DNA of 61,037 nucleotides from a virus (Duplodnaviria; Caudoviricetes): IMG/VR virus record IMGVR_UViG_3300020156_000441, positions 1 to 61,037 of that record; one strand, 5' to 3'. Shown piece by piece: positions 46,663 to 55,815 of this stretch (position 1 is its first letter; each line of letters starts with the position of its first letter). The notes under the pieces were generated by a model. It saw only the letters and a program-made list of their open reading frames with translations, ran no database searches and was not told where the DNA came from. The position numbers and the translations under genes were made by a program.

Positions 46663-47895
46663 ATGAGCCGGAACATGTTCGGCCCTCAGGCTGCCAACCG
46701 CGCGGGAAGCGCCATCCGCAGCCTGAACGAGCGCCGGGACCTGCTCAGCCTTGCGGGCCGGCCCCTGTATTTCGGGGACGGGCCATACAACGTCTACATG
46801 GCGTCGGAGAGCCTGCACCTTGTTCACCTTGCCACAGGCGTGCGCGATCCAAGCATGGTTTATTCGCCGCGCTATCCAGTGTTGGTAGCGATCGGGGTGA
46901 AGGACTTCTTTTATTCGTGGAACATCGGCAATTGCTACGCTCTGACTGCCTCCGGGAAGATTTATGCGTGGGGATCCTCTCCCGGTTACTACGGTGACGG
47001 ATCATCCGTCATCAGTTGGACGCCTAAGCAGGTCGGAACCGGCAAGACGTGGAGCAAGCTGGCGGTCCACTACAACGCTGTTTACGCCATCGCCACGGAC
47101 GGCACTGTGTGGCGCTGCGGGGACACCGCCAACGGCGTCATGGCGAACGGCTCCACTGCGTCGGGCACGATGACCACGCTGACGCAGCTGGGCACGGCGA
47201 CGAACTGGACGGACGTTTGGGTACGCTATGGCTCGGTCTATCTGCGCAATGCCAGCGGTCAACTTTGGGTGGCCGGCGCCAACAACAATGGGCAGCTCGG
47301 TATCGGCACCACCGCCGCGACTGGAACTCTGACGTTGGTGTCCGGTGCCTATCAGATGGTATGCCCGGCCGACTACAGCGTTACGGCGCTCGGAACCAAC
47401 GGGTGGGTGTATGCGTGGGGCTGGAAAGCGGGTGCGGTGGACGCGGCATCTGCAACTTCTCCGTCTGAGTTGGCTGGTCCGAGCAGCTGGATGACTGTCG
47501 CGCGTTCGGACTTCTATCAAGCCAACTATTACCACGTTCACCACCTCATCAAGACCGATGGGACGCTGTGGGAACTGGGCTACTACAACTCCGGTGGTTC
47601 GAGCACCGGGCCGACCTTCCGAACGACCCCCTTCTCCGCTGGCGGGGTGACCACCCCGTTCCAGGTGGCGACCGGCCAGACGTGGAAGCAGGTAATGGGA
47701 ATCGCTCGTGGCTCGGTGATGCTCGCGCTGACGACTGCCGGCCGGTTGTATTCCAACGGCAGTACCGGAAACGGACAGCAATTCGACCCTCTGGTGTCGG
47801 CCAGCGGCATCCTGCAAGCGCACTCCTTCAACAAGACCATCGCGCGCATGTCGTCGCTCGACGACTACTCCCTGCTGCTCTTTGTCCAGGAGTAA
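46663..47895 (+). CDS. RCC1/BLIP-II-like beta-propeller, putative receptor-binding protein
   Basis: Repeated ALTASGKIYAWG, AIATDGTVWRCG, GQLWVAGANNNGQLG and IKTDGTLW. Confidence 0.75.
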   Translation: MSRNMFGPQAANRAGSAIRSLNERRDLLSLAGRPLYFGDGPYNVYMASESLHLVHLATGVRDPSMVYSPRYPVLVAIGVKDFFYSWNIGNCYALTASGKIYAWGSSPGYYGDGSSVISWTPKQVGTGKTWSKLAVHYNAVYAIATDGTVWRCGDTANGVMANGSTASGTMTTLTQLGTATNWTDVWVRYGSVYLRNASGQLWVAGANNNGQLGIGTTAATGTLTLVSGAYQMVCPADYSVTALGTNGWVYAWGWKAGAVDAASATSPSELAGPSSWMTVARSDFYQANYYHVHHLIKTDGTLWELGYYNSGGSSTGPTFRTTPFSAGGVTTPFQVATGQTWKQVMGIARGSVMLALTTAGRLYSNGSTGNGQQFDPLVSASGILQAHSFNKTIARMSSLDDYSLLLFVQE

Positions 47896-47900
47896 CCATC

Positions 47901-48515
47901 ATGAGACTCTACACCCATGCCGGAGGCCCGCCGATGCCGCTTCCGGAAGTGATTATTCTTTCCGACGGACGCCCGCGCACCAAGCCCGACACCTTCACCG
48001 AAGAGGAAATCGCGGAGGCGGGGTACGCCGAGGCTCCGTCGATGCCAGCGTTCGACCCGGTGACGCAGCGCTGCCTCTGGATCGAGGGCGCTTGGGTGGT
48101 CGAAGATCTTCCGGTCCCGACGCTGCAACAGCGTGTCGAAGAGGCTGCCCGCGTGGCCGTGGCGCGTGTCAACGCCGAGGCCGGGCAGCAGCGCGCGAAG
48201 TACATCACCGTGACCACCGGCCAGGAAGGCACCTATGTCGTCAAGGCGGAAGAGGCCAGACGGTTCCGGGACCTTCCCGAGGGCGAAGCCGCCACCGCCG
48301 AAGCCTTCCCGTACCTGAGCGCCGAGGCGCTGTGCTGCGGCACGACGATGGAGGCGGTGGCCGCCCTCGTGCTCGCCACCGAGACGGCGTGGCACCAGCT
48401 CAACGCGCTGATCGAAGGCCGGCGGCGCGGGGCGCTCGTCGCCATCGAGGCCGCCCGGCAGGCTGGCGACCTGTCGGGCGTCGAGTCCGTGTTCCCCGTC
48501 GCGTGGCCGGACTGA
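47901..48515 (+). CDS. Tail fibre assembly-like protein
   Basis: P.FDPVTQ...W...W..; C-terminal YVVKAEEA...PYL.AE...WP. Confidence 0.6.
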   Translation: MRLYTHAGGPPMPLPEVIILSDGRPRTKPDTFTEEEIAEAGYAEAPSMPAFDPVTQRCLWIEGAWVVEDLPVPTLQQRVEEAARVAVARVNAEAGQQRAKYITVTTGQEGTYVVKAEEARRFRDLPEGEAATAEAFPYLSAEALCCGTTMEAVAALVLATETAWHQLNALIEGRRRGALVAIEAARQAGDLSGVESVFPVAWPD

Positions 48516-48844
48516 TGATACGCCGCGCCGCTCCCCCCGCCGCCGGCATCGCCTTAGCTGTGGCTGCCCTCTACGGCCCGGCACTGGCCGCCGACCTCGA
48601 CCCCGCCGCCATCGCCGACCGTGCCTTTGACGCCTGGGGCGTCTCTCACCCTTGGGTGCAGATGACCGCCCTCGTGGTGTCCGGGGCGCTGTGGGGCTGG
48701 CGCATGTGGCTGAACCGGCCGCAGCCCGCTCACCACACCACCGACGAACTGTTCGCGTTGCTCAACAGCCTGTCCGACCGCGTGGACGCCCTGGCCGTCC
48801 GCATGGACCAGCACGTTGACTCCGGCGCCTGCCGGCCCGACTGA
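48515..48844 (+). CDS. Holin-like membrane protein
   Basis: Hydrophobic segments plus a coiled coil, upstream of the endolysin. Confidence 0.5.
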   Translation: MIRRAAPPAAGIALAVAALYGPALAADLDPAAIADRAFDAWGVSHPWVQMTALVVSGALWGWRMWLNRPQPAHHTTDELFALLNSLSDRVDALAVRMDQHVDSGACRPD

Positions 48845-48984
48845 CCTTCATCGACACTTCGGAGCCCGGCCCTCTGCCGTCCGCTCCGAAGTGCTGTCCG
48901 GCAGCCCGCATCACCCATCACGCGCCTTCCATGGCCCGCCATTCCGGCGGGGCCTTCCTGCTGCCCAAAGGAGGGGCACAACTC

Positions 48985-49746
48985 ATGACCACCAGAGCCG
49001 TTACCGTCGCCTGTCTGGCCCTCGTCAAGCATTACGAGGGCTTGTACCTGAACGCCTACCTCTGCCCGGCCGGCGTGCCCACCATCGGGTGGGGCCACAC
49101 CAAAGGCGTGACCATGGGCCAGAGCATCAGCAGGGAAAAGGCCGACGTCCTGCTCGCCGCCGACATGGCCGAGGCGGCGCGGCATGTGGACCGCCTCGTC
49201 ACCGCGCCACTGATGGATCACCAGCGCGACGCGCTCGCCAGCTTCGTGTTCAACCTGGGGGCCGGGAACCTCGCGTCCTCGACCTTGCTGAAGAAGCTGA
49301 ACGCCAAGGACTATGAGGGTGCGGCGGGCGAGTTCGGCAAGTGGGTCTATGCGACCGTGGGCGGGGTCAAGACTCAGCTCGCCGGCCTCGTCGCTCGCCG
49401 CGCCGCCGAGGCCGCCATGTTCCGTGGCGCGGACTGGAAGGCGGCGGCCGAGCAGCAGCAGCGCATGCCGCAAGCGGTGGTTCCGGCGGCCCCGATGAAG
49501 CCGTTGGCGCAGTCCCGCACGATGCAGGCCGGGCAGGTCGGTCTGGGGCTGAGCGTGGTGACCGGCACACTGGCGCAGGTGTCGCCGATGCTCGAACAGG
49601 TCCAGGGGATCGGCGGCCAGATCGGGGCCATTCGCGCCGCCCTGCCGGATGGCAGTGCCGGCTATGTCATGGCGGCGCTGCTCGCCGGGGCGGTGGTGTT
49701 CATGCTTTGGCGTCGGTACGAGGATCACCGCCAGCAGCGGGCGTGA
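48985..49746 (+). CDS. GH24 lysozyme (endolysin) with C-terminal hydrophobic segments
   Basis: HYEG...AYLCPAGVPTIGWGHT, ALASFVFNLG, STLLKKLN and GLVARR..E. Confidence 0.92.
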   Translation: MTTRAVTVACLALVKHYEGLYLNAYLCPAGVPTIGWGHTKGVTMGQSISREKADVLLAADMAEAARHVDRLVTAPLMDHQRDALASFVFNLGAGNLASSTLLKKLNAKDYEGAAGEFGKWVYATVGGVKTQLAGLVARRAAEAAMFRGADWKAAAEQQQRMPQAVVPAAPMKPLAQSRTMQAGQVGLGLSVVTGTLAQVSPMLEQVQGIGGQIGAIRAALPDGSAGYVMAALLAGAVVFMLWRRYEDHRQQRA

Positions 49747-49853
49747 CGCTAGCGCGGGCTGGTGTTGGTCGCGCCAGCCCGCAAAGCAATCACTGTTGTT
49801 CCGCGTGCGCTCTCATCATAGGATTCCGTAGTTCTATATCGGATAAGGTTCCT

Positions 49854-50195
49854 ATGAACGATCGAATCGCGGGGCAGATTGAGAGAGTGGCTATCGCCTT
49901 GGCCGGCGGGCCTGACGAGTGGGCCAGTATCGGCGAGCCTATCTGCGAGCAACACCGAGAACTGGCGCGGCGCGCAATCCGTGTGCTGGGGCTGGGTAAC
50001 GCGGTGCCGTGGGACGAAGTGCAAATCCCGATACAGGTTGAGCTGACGGAGCGGCGCGGTATGCTGCATCCCCGCAAGCCGGGCGATGGAGCGACAGCGG
50101 TTGTCGCGCGCTGTATCGTGGATCGGCTCAAGCTAGCAGGCTTCACGGTGATCGCTGGGCCGCCGGCACTCATGACCAACGACAAGTGGCCTTAG
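49854..50195 (+). CDS. Hypothetical protein
   Basis: RBS-like AAGG, ATG at 49854; accessory right end of the prophage. Confidence 0.45.
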   Translation: MNDRIAGQIERVAIALAGGPDEWASIGEPICEQHRELARRAIRVLGLGNAVPWDEVQIPIQVELTERRGMLHPRKPGDGATAVVARCIVDRLKLAGFTVIAGPPALMTNDKWP

Positions 50196-50400
50196 CGCTC
50201 CGTCGAGGCGCAAGATTCTGGCGAAGTGGTGGCTCAATCGGTTCTGTGATCGAGTGTTCCAAGCGATGTCGAATTGTTGTATATGGTGCGGGCGCTGGTT
50301 GGAACTTTCCGGACCGAATACTTGTGGCCTAAGGGTGAAGCTCGCTCCATGGGCGTGGCTTTCGCCGTAAATCTAGATCTCAAGGACGATGGGGAGCATT

Positions 50401-51138
50401 ATGCATCTGCGAAGAATGATCATTCCGAAGAGTATTGCAGCTCGTGCCGACGATAAAGATATGAATTTTTTCTTGTCTGCTGGGCACGTATCAAATGAAT
50501 TGGCTGTCTTAAACAAGCTTGTTTTGGTGGCTACAAATTATTCTTCTGATGAGCATATTGCGAAGTATGAGATCTCTCAATCGTTATTTTTGATTCGCAT
50601 CGCGTGTGGAAAGTTGCATGAGGCCCATGAGCTAATTAGAAAAGGCTTTAACGCTACGCAGCTGTCAAAAAAATATCGAGACACTATGGGTAGTAGCGGG
50701 CTCGTGGCACTAAAGAACTTTCAGACGTACTTCTCAACAAGTTCAAACATACTAACTCGCCTGAGGAACGATTATTCATTTCATTATGATCCAAATAATA
50801 TGACTACTAATCTGGAGGATCTTGGTGACGACGACTGGTGCGTTTATCTCACTGAGTACTCGGGAAACTCGCTATATTATATTTCTGAGGTCGCTTTAGT
50901 TGCGTCAATGGTAAAGGCCATGGGCATGTCTGATGCTAAGGGTGCTCTTAAGCGGATCCTGGAAGATTTGGGAAAATGCATTAATTGGTTCGTTGAATTT
51001 TCAGAAAGCTACATGGTGGCCTTCCTTAATAAGCACTCATCTGCGGACGATATAAATCGAGGATCGACGGTCCATGTTGTTAAGGATGCCCCTGGTTTGC
51101 GGGAGTATCGTTTGCCAACAATCGTCAAGTTACCGTAG
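50401..51138 (+). CDS. AT-rich helical protein with a HEPN-like RN-x4-H motif, candidate defence effector
   Basis: LRNDYSFHY motif; markedly AT-rich; RBS GGGGAG. Confidence 0.6.
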   Translation: MHLRRMIIPKSIAARADDKDMNFFLSAGHVSNELAVLNKLVLVATNYSSDEHIAKYEISQSLFLIRIACGKLHEAHELIRKGFNATQLSKKYRDTMGSSGLVALKNFQTYFSTSSNILTRLRNDYSFHYDPNNMTTNLEDLGDDDWCVYLTEYSGNSLYYISEVALVASMVKAMGMSDAKGALKRILEDLGKCINWFVEFSESYMVAFLNKHSSADDINRGSTVHVVKDAPGLREYRLPTIVKLP

Positions 51139-51322
51139 GTGGGGCAAGGCTGTGCCCCTTTATTGATTGCAGTTCCGCCGGGCAAGGTGCAGCCGCAGTC
51201 GAGCGGCGTACCGGCCCGCGAATTGCTATCGCTGGACCCGCGCTGGAGGCCAATGAGCAAGCGTAATAGTGGAAGGCACAAAGCTGACCTAAGTGATTGA
51301 AAGAAAAGCCTGTTGGATAGCA

Positions 51323-51366
51323 TCATAGTCCCTTGGTCGGGGGTTCAAATCCCTCCGCAGCTACTA
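51323..51366 (+). pseudogene. 3' half of a tRNA-Met(CAT)-like sequence (relic att site)
   Basis: TCAT anticodon context, T-arm GGGGG-TTCAAAT-CCCTC, 3' acceptor strand and ACTA in place of ACCA; no 5' half. Confidence 0.7.
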
Positions 51367-51707
51367 GCGCGGAAGTCTGTTGCTGCCGAAACACCGTCCA
51401 TCATCCGTCTCGCTTGTCGCAGACGTGGGTGAAAGGTGATCGTTGCACAAAGTTGAATTGGCGTGAGAGAAATGCGCGCGTCGGCCTCGGCCCCACCCGG
51501 GCCGTCCGGAGTACCGCATCAGCCCAATGGTGCGCCGGACGGGGGGCCGTATGCCCGCTGGGATGCGCTGGGGGTATGAGCCAGCGCAGGGCTACCAACG
51601 CCGGGGCTGACACTACAGCATTTGTGTGCGTGCGTGTGGCTATCACGGTGCGATCGGGAACGAGTGTGGAACAAAGCGGCGAGCCAAACGCCAGGAGCAG
51701 CAAGGTG

Positions 51708-51730
51708 TTCTGCAAAACGTTCTACAAAAC
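51708..51730 (-). repeat. Putative integrase arm-type sites (right)
   Basis: TTCTGCAAAACG and TTCTACAAAAC, inverted relative to 8626-8647. Confidence 0.7.
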
Positions 51731-51768
51731 AACTTCCTAAGTAACTGGAAACACGCCTTTGGTGGGCC

Positions 51769-51776
51769 GCCACTGG
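51769..51776 (+). other. attR core GCCACTGG
   Basis: Direct repeat of 8583-8590; the capsid frame resumes immediately after it. Confidence 0.88.
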
Positions 51777-51935
51777 TACCACAAGACGGCGGTCGGCCAC
51801 GCCTCGGGTGCGGATGTGAAGACCGACGTGACGTGGCATGGCGACCGCGCCTCGCACTTCGTCAACAACATGATGAGCCAGGGCGCCTGCCTCATCGACC
51901 CCACGGGCGTCGTCACGCTGCGCTGCCTCGAATAG
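51777..51935 (+). pseudogene. Major capsid protein of the resident cluster, 3' part (52 aa)
   Basis: YHKTAVGHASGADVKTDVTWHGDRASHFVNNMMSQGACLIDPTGVVTLRCLE-stop, in frame with 7934-8590. Confidence 0.88.
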
Positions 51936-51979
51936 GCGCGCCGGCCGCTTCCGTTCCCCTTTCCTTGATGGAGTTCCCC

Positions 51980-52249
51980 ATGGCCTTCGCCCCGAAGGAC
52001 CTGAGCGTGCTGGCCTACGCCAACGGCTTCACGCTCTGGCACTACACCACCGCCGACGCGCACGGCGACGTCGACACTACCGGCTACTTCAACGGTGCCG
52101 CCGACCTGCTGCGGACCGGCGACATGATCCTCGCCAACACCGGCGCCGGCGGCACGGCTGTGGGCGGCATCTTCCTGGTCGCCGGCAACGCCTCCGGCAC
52201 CGTCGACGTCGCCAACCTGACCCAGGTCGGCGCGACCGACAGCGATTGA
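51980..52249 (+). CDS. Small structural protein (possible head decoration)
   Basis: RBS GGAG; LSVLAYANGFTLWHY...GYFN...GDMI; follows the capsid gene. Confidence 0.7.
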   Translation: MAFAPKDLSVLAYANGFTLWHYTTADAHGDVDTTGYFNGAADLLRTGDMILANTGAGGTAVGGIFLVAGNASGTVDVANLTQVGATDSD

Positions 52250-52256
52250 CGAACAA

Positions 52257-52592
52257 CTCCCTCCCCCGCCCCCGGCGGGGGAGGGAAGGGGCCCGCCGGA
52301 GGCGGGAAGGGTGGGGGCAACGCCTTGTCCAAGGATCAGTGATCGTAGGTTGGGTTGAGCGTCAGCGAAAACCCAACAGTTCCAGCGACGCGAGGGGTGT
52401 TGGGTCTCGACCCAACCTACGCCGGGCGGGCCGCTGATCCTCGGGCAGGCCGCTGCCCCCACCCTCCCACGCTGCGCGTGGGTCCCTCCACGGTCGCCCG
52501 CAAGTCGGGCGACCGCGTTCCGCCTACGATCGCCTCCGGCGCTCGTTGCCTTCGGCACCGGCTCCACGCCCCCAGCGGGGCTGGGGGAGGGT
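52257..52592. repeat. Composite palindromic intergenic repeat with an inner GTAG-type REP pair (52345-52420)
   Basis: Outer arms GGGTGGGGGCAACG...AGGATC and GATCCT...GCCCCCACCCTCCC enclose GTAGGTTGGGT...ACCCAACCTAC. Confidence 0.75.
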
Positions 52593-52609
52593 TCAAAAAG
52601 GAATTCCCC

Positions 52610-53176
52610 ATGGCACTCACCGCGATCGGATTGTGCAGCCGGGCGCTGCTGAAGATCGGCGCGGCGCCGATCGCCGCCTTCGACGAGGGCACGGCGGAAG
52701 CCGAAGTGGCGGACGCGCTGTACGCCCCCACCCGCGACGCGCTGCTCTCGGCCCGCGCCTGGAGCTTCGCCACCGCGCAGGCCGCCTTGCCGCGCCTCGC
52801 CACCGCGCCGCTGGCCGACTACGCGCACGCCTTCCAGCTTCCCGCGGACTTCCTGCGGGCGCTGTCCGCCGGGGCCGGGCGGGGCCGCGGGCTGGACTAC
52901 CGGATCGCCGGGAAGGCGCTGCACACGGCCAGCAACGCCGTCGTGCTGACCTACGTCTGCCGCCCGGAGCCCGAGGATTTTCCGGCCTTCTTCGATCAGG
53001 CGCTCATCGCCCGCCTCGCGGCCGAGTTCTGCCTGCCGCTGACCGAGAACTCCAGCCGGGCCGAGGTGCTCCAGCGGCTGGCCGAGCAGGAGTTCCGCCG
53101 CGCCCGGCTGATCGACGCGCAGCAGGACGTGCAGCCCGGCTTCGAGGACTTCTCGCTGATCGAGGCGCGCGGCTGA
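52610..53176 (+). CDS. Tail tubular protein A (T7 gp11-like adaptor)
   Basis: LCSRALLKIGA..I, W.FA, FQLPADFLR and LAAEF..PLT. Confidence 0.8.
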   Translation: MALTAIGLCSRALLKIGAAPIAAFDEGTAEAEVADALYAPTRDALLSARAWSFATAQAALPRLATAPLADYAHAFQLPADFLRALSAGAGRGRGLDYRIAGKALHTASNAVVLTYVCRPEPEDFPAFFDQALIARLAAEFCLPLTENSSRAEVLQRLAEQEFRRARLIDAQQDVQPGFEDFSLIEARG

Positions 53177-55071
53177 TGCCCCGGATCCGGCAGGTCAAGA
53201 CCAACTTCACGGCGGGCGAGATCTCGCGCCGCCTGCTCGGGCGCGGCGACCTGCGCGCCTACGACAACGGGGCGCTGTCCCTGCGCAACCTGTTCATCCA
53301 CCCCACCGGCGGCGTCACCCGCCGCTCCGGCCTCGCCTTCGTCGATGCGGCGCGCGGCCCCGGCCGGCTGGTGGCGTTCGAATTCAACACGGAGCAGGTC
53401 TACCTGCTGGCCTTCTCGGCCGGCGTCATCGACGTCTACCAGGACGACGCGCGCATCGCCTCGGTCGACGCCCCCTGGACCGCCGCGCAGCTCGACCAGA
53501 TCACCTGGACGCAGAGTGCGGACACCCTGCTGGTCTGCCACCCCGACGTGGCGCCGCGCAAACTGACGCGCAGCGGCGCCACCAGCTGGACGCTGGCCGA
53601 ATGGACGTACGTGGAGGAGGACGGGGCGCTGCGCACGCCCTTCTACCGTTTCGCCGATGCCGCCGTGACGCTCACCCCGTCCGGCACCACCGGCGCCATC
53701 ACCGTCACCGCGTCCGCCCCCGTGTTCGACCCGCTGCACGAGGACACGCGCCTGCGCATCCAGGGCAGGCAGGTGCTGGTCACCGGCGTCGTCTCCGCCA
53801 CCCAGGTCAACGTCACGGTGCGGCAGACGCTGCCCAACACCGGCGCCACGGTGAACTGGGACGAACAGGCCTTCGGCCCCCGCCGCGGCTGGCCGGTGGC
53901 GGCGGCGTTCCACCAGGACCGGCTGGTCATCGGCGGCTCGCGCGACCTGCCCAACCGGCTGTGGCTGTCACGCTCGGCCGACATCTGGAACTTCGACCTC
54001 GGCACCGGCCAGGACGACGAGGCGATCGAGTTCGGCATCCTGTCCGATCAGGTGAACGCCATCCGCGCCGTCTTCTCCGGCCGCCACCTGCAGCTCTTCA
54101 CCTCGGGGGCCGAGTACATGGTGTCGGGCGATCCGCTGACGCCGCAGAACATCCAGCTGAACCGGCAGACGCGCATCGGTTCCCCCGTCGACCGCACGCT
54201 GGCCCCGCGCGACGTGGACGGCGCCACCCTGTTCGTCTCGCGCAACGGCAAGGAGGTGCGGGAGTTCCTCTACACCGACGCCGAGGCCGCCTATCAGGCG
54301 AACGACCTTGCCCTGCTGGCCCGCCACATCGTCGGCAAGCCGCGCGACCAGGACTTCGACAAGAGCCGCCGCCTGCTGTTCGTGGTGATGGAGGACGGCG
54401 CCATCGGCGCGCTGACCGTCTACCGGGCGGAGCAGGTGACCGCCTGGACGCGCCTGACCACCGACGGGCAGGCGCGCTCCGTCGCCGTGGTCGGCGACGA
54501 CGTCTACCTGCTGGTCCGGCGCGGCAGCGCCTGGACCATCGAGCGGTTCGACGACACCCTCAACCTCGACAGCGCCCTGGTGGGGGAGAGCGAGACGCCC
54601 ATCGCCGTCTGGTCCGGGCTGGACCACCTGGAGGGCCGCAGCGTCGCCGTCGTGGCCGACGGCGTGCAGCGCGCCGCCGTCCCCGTCACCGCCGGGCGCA
54701 TCACGCTCGACCCGCCGGCGGCGCGCGTTGAGGCCGGGCTGCCCTACGCCCACGTCATCGAACCGCTGCCTGCCAACCTGATCGGGCAGGTCGCCGATGG
54801 TGCCCTGGTGCGCCTCGTCGCCGTCACCTTCCGGCTGGAGGACACGGCGGCGCTGCGCGTCGACGTCGGGCGCGGGCTGTACGACTTGCCGCTGCACCGC
54901 TTCGGCCCCCAACCCGCCGACGGCGCGCCGCCGCGCGTGTCGGGCGACCGGCGGCTGCGCGCCCTGGGCTGGCGGCGCGACATCGACGTGCCGCTGTGGC
55001 GCATCGAACAGGACGCGCCGCTGCCCTTCACGCTCCTCTCCGTCACCATGGAATTGAAGGTGAGCGACTGA
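53176..55071 (+). CDS. Tail tubular protein B (T7 gp12-like nozzle)
   Basis: NFTAGEIS, GGVTRRSG, WTQSADTL, FHQDRL and EQVTAW; 631 aa. Confidence 0.85.
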   Translation: MPRIRQVKTNFTAGEISRRLLGRGDLRAYDNGALSLRNLFIHPTGGVTRRSGLAFVDAARGPGRLVAFEFNTEQVYLLAFSAGVIDVYQDDARIASVDAPWTAAQLDQITWTQSADTLLVCHPDVAPRKLTRSGATSWTLAEWTYVEEDGALRTPFYRFADAAVTLTPSGTTGAITVTASAPVFDPLHEDTRLRIQGRQVLVTGVVSATQVNVTVRQTLPNTGATVNWDEQAFGPRRGWPVAAAFHQDRLVIGGSRDLPNRLWLSRSADIWNFDLGTGQDDEAIEFGILSDQVNAIRAVFSGRHLQLFTSGAEYMVSGDPLTPQNIQLNRQTRIGSPVDRTLAPRDVDGATLFVSRNGKEVREFLYTDAEAAYQANDLALLARHIVGKPRDQDFDKSRRLLFVVMEDGAIGALTVYRAEQVTAWTRLTTDGQARSVAVVGDDVYLLVRRGSAWTIERFDDTLNLDSALVGESETPIAVWSGLDHLEGRSVAVVADGVQRAAVPVTAGRITLDPPAARVEAGLPYAHVIEPLPANLIGQVADGALVRLVAVTFRLEDTAALRVDVGRGLYDLPLHRFGPQPADGAPPRVSGDRRLRALGWRRDIDVPLWRIEQDAPLPFTLLSVTMELKVSD

Positions 55072-55805
55072 TGGCCGGAATCACCCCCTTCGTCACCGCC
55101 GTGGCGCCCGTCGTCTCCACGGTGTCCAGCGCCTTCTCGCGCGGCGGCTCGACCAGCTCAAGTGGCGGCGGCGGTGGCGCCGCCAGCGCCCAGCAGCAGT
55201 ACGACTACGAGCGCCAACTCCTGGCGCAGAAGGCCGAACAGGAACGCCGCCAGCGCGAGGAGGACGCCCGCCGCGCGGCCGAGCAGCAGCGCCTGGAATG
55301 GCAACGCCAGGACGAGCTGCGCCGCCAGGACTGGGAGCGCCAGCAGCAGCAGCGCGCCTGGGAACAGGCGCAGCAGACCGCCCAGCGCTCGCAGGAGCTG
55401 GGCTGGCTCGCCCGCTCCCAGGACCAGGAGGCGGCGCAGACCCTTGCCCGCCAGCAGGCCGAGACCGCCACCCAGGACGCCGATGCCCAGGGCCGCCTCG
55501 CGGCCCTCACCGCCCAGGCCGAAGCCGAGGAGCGCCGCCGCCGCGACGCGCTGCGCCGCGCCATGGCCCGCAGCCGCGCCAGCCTGGGCGGGCAGGGCGT
55601 CAGCGCCGCCGACGGCTCCGGCGAGGCGATCCTGCTCGGCCTCGTCAACGAGACCGACGTCGAGGGCAAGGAGGCCGCGCGCGTCGACCAGCTGAAGCGC
55701 CAGGCGATCCAGCAGGAGATCGACAACCGCCGCCGCCGCAACCTGCTCGAACAGGCCCAACTTGCCGAACGCCAGCGCCTGGCTTTCTTGAGCAAGTATT
55801 TCTGA
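55071..55805 (+). CDS. Internal virion (ejection) protein-like
   Basis: Hydrophobic/Gly-rich N-terminus, Q/R-rich coiled coil, RA..G.QGV...GS motif as in gp14-type proteins. Confidence 0.6.
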   Translation: MAGITPFVTAVAPVVSTVSSAFSRGGSTSSSGGGGGAASAQQQYDYERQLLAQKAEQERRQREEDARRAAEQQRLEWQRQDELRRQDWERQQQQRAWEQAQQTAQRSQELGWLARSQDQEAAQTLARQQAETATQDADAQGRLAALTAQAEAEERRRRDALRRAMARSRASLGGQGVSAADGSGEAILLGLVNETDVEGKEAARVDQLKRQAIQQEIDNRRRRNLLEQAQLAERQRLAFLSKYF

Positions 55806-55815
55806 GCCTCTTCAA

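Larger units (their letters stand above)
8583..51776. mobile_element. Apparently intact temperate siphovirus prophage (about 43.2 kb)
   Basis: int/xis, cI/cro, replication, HNH-terS-terL-portal-protease-capsid, tail, tape measure and lysis genes, all bounded by att repeats. Confidence 0.93.

Noticed and set aside
44059-48515. Diversity-generating retroelement or invertible tail-fibre cassette
   Set aside because: No reverse transcriptase or invertase, and no template/variable repeat pair was seen.
51323-51366. Functional tRNA gene
   Set aside because: No D-arm or 5' acceptor strand upstream, and CCA is mutated to CTA.
52355-52609. N-terminal extensions of the tail tubular A ORF (and of the spike ORF from 55913)
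   Set aside because: They are translations of intergenic palindromic repeats; RBS-supported starts are at 52610 and 56081.
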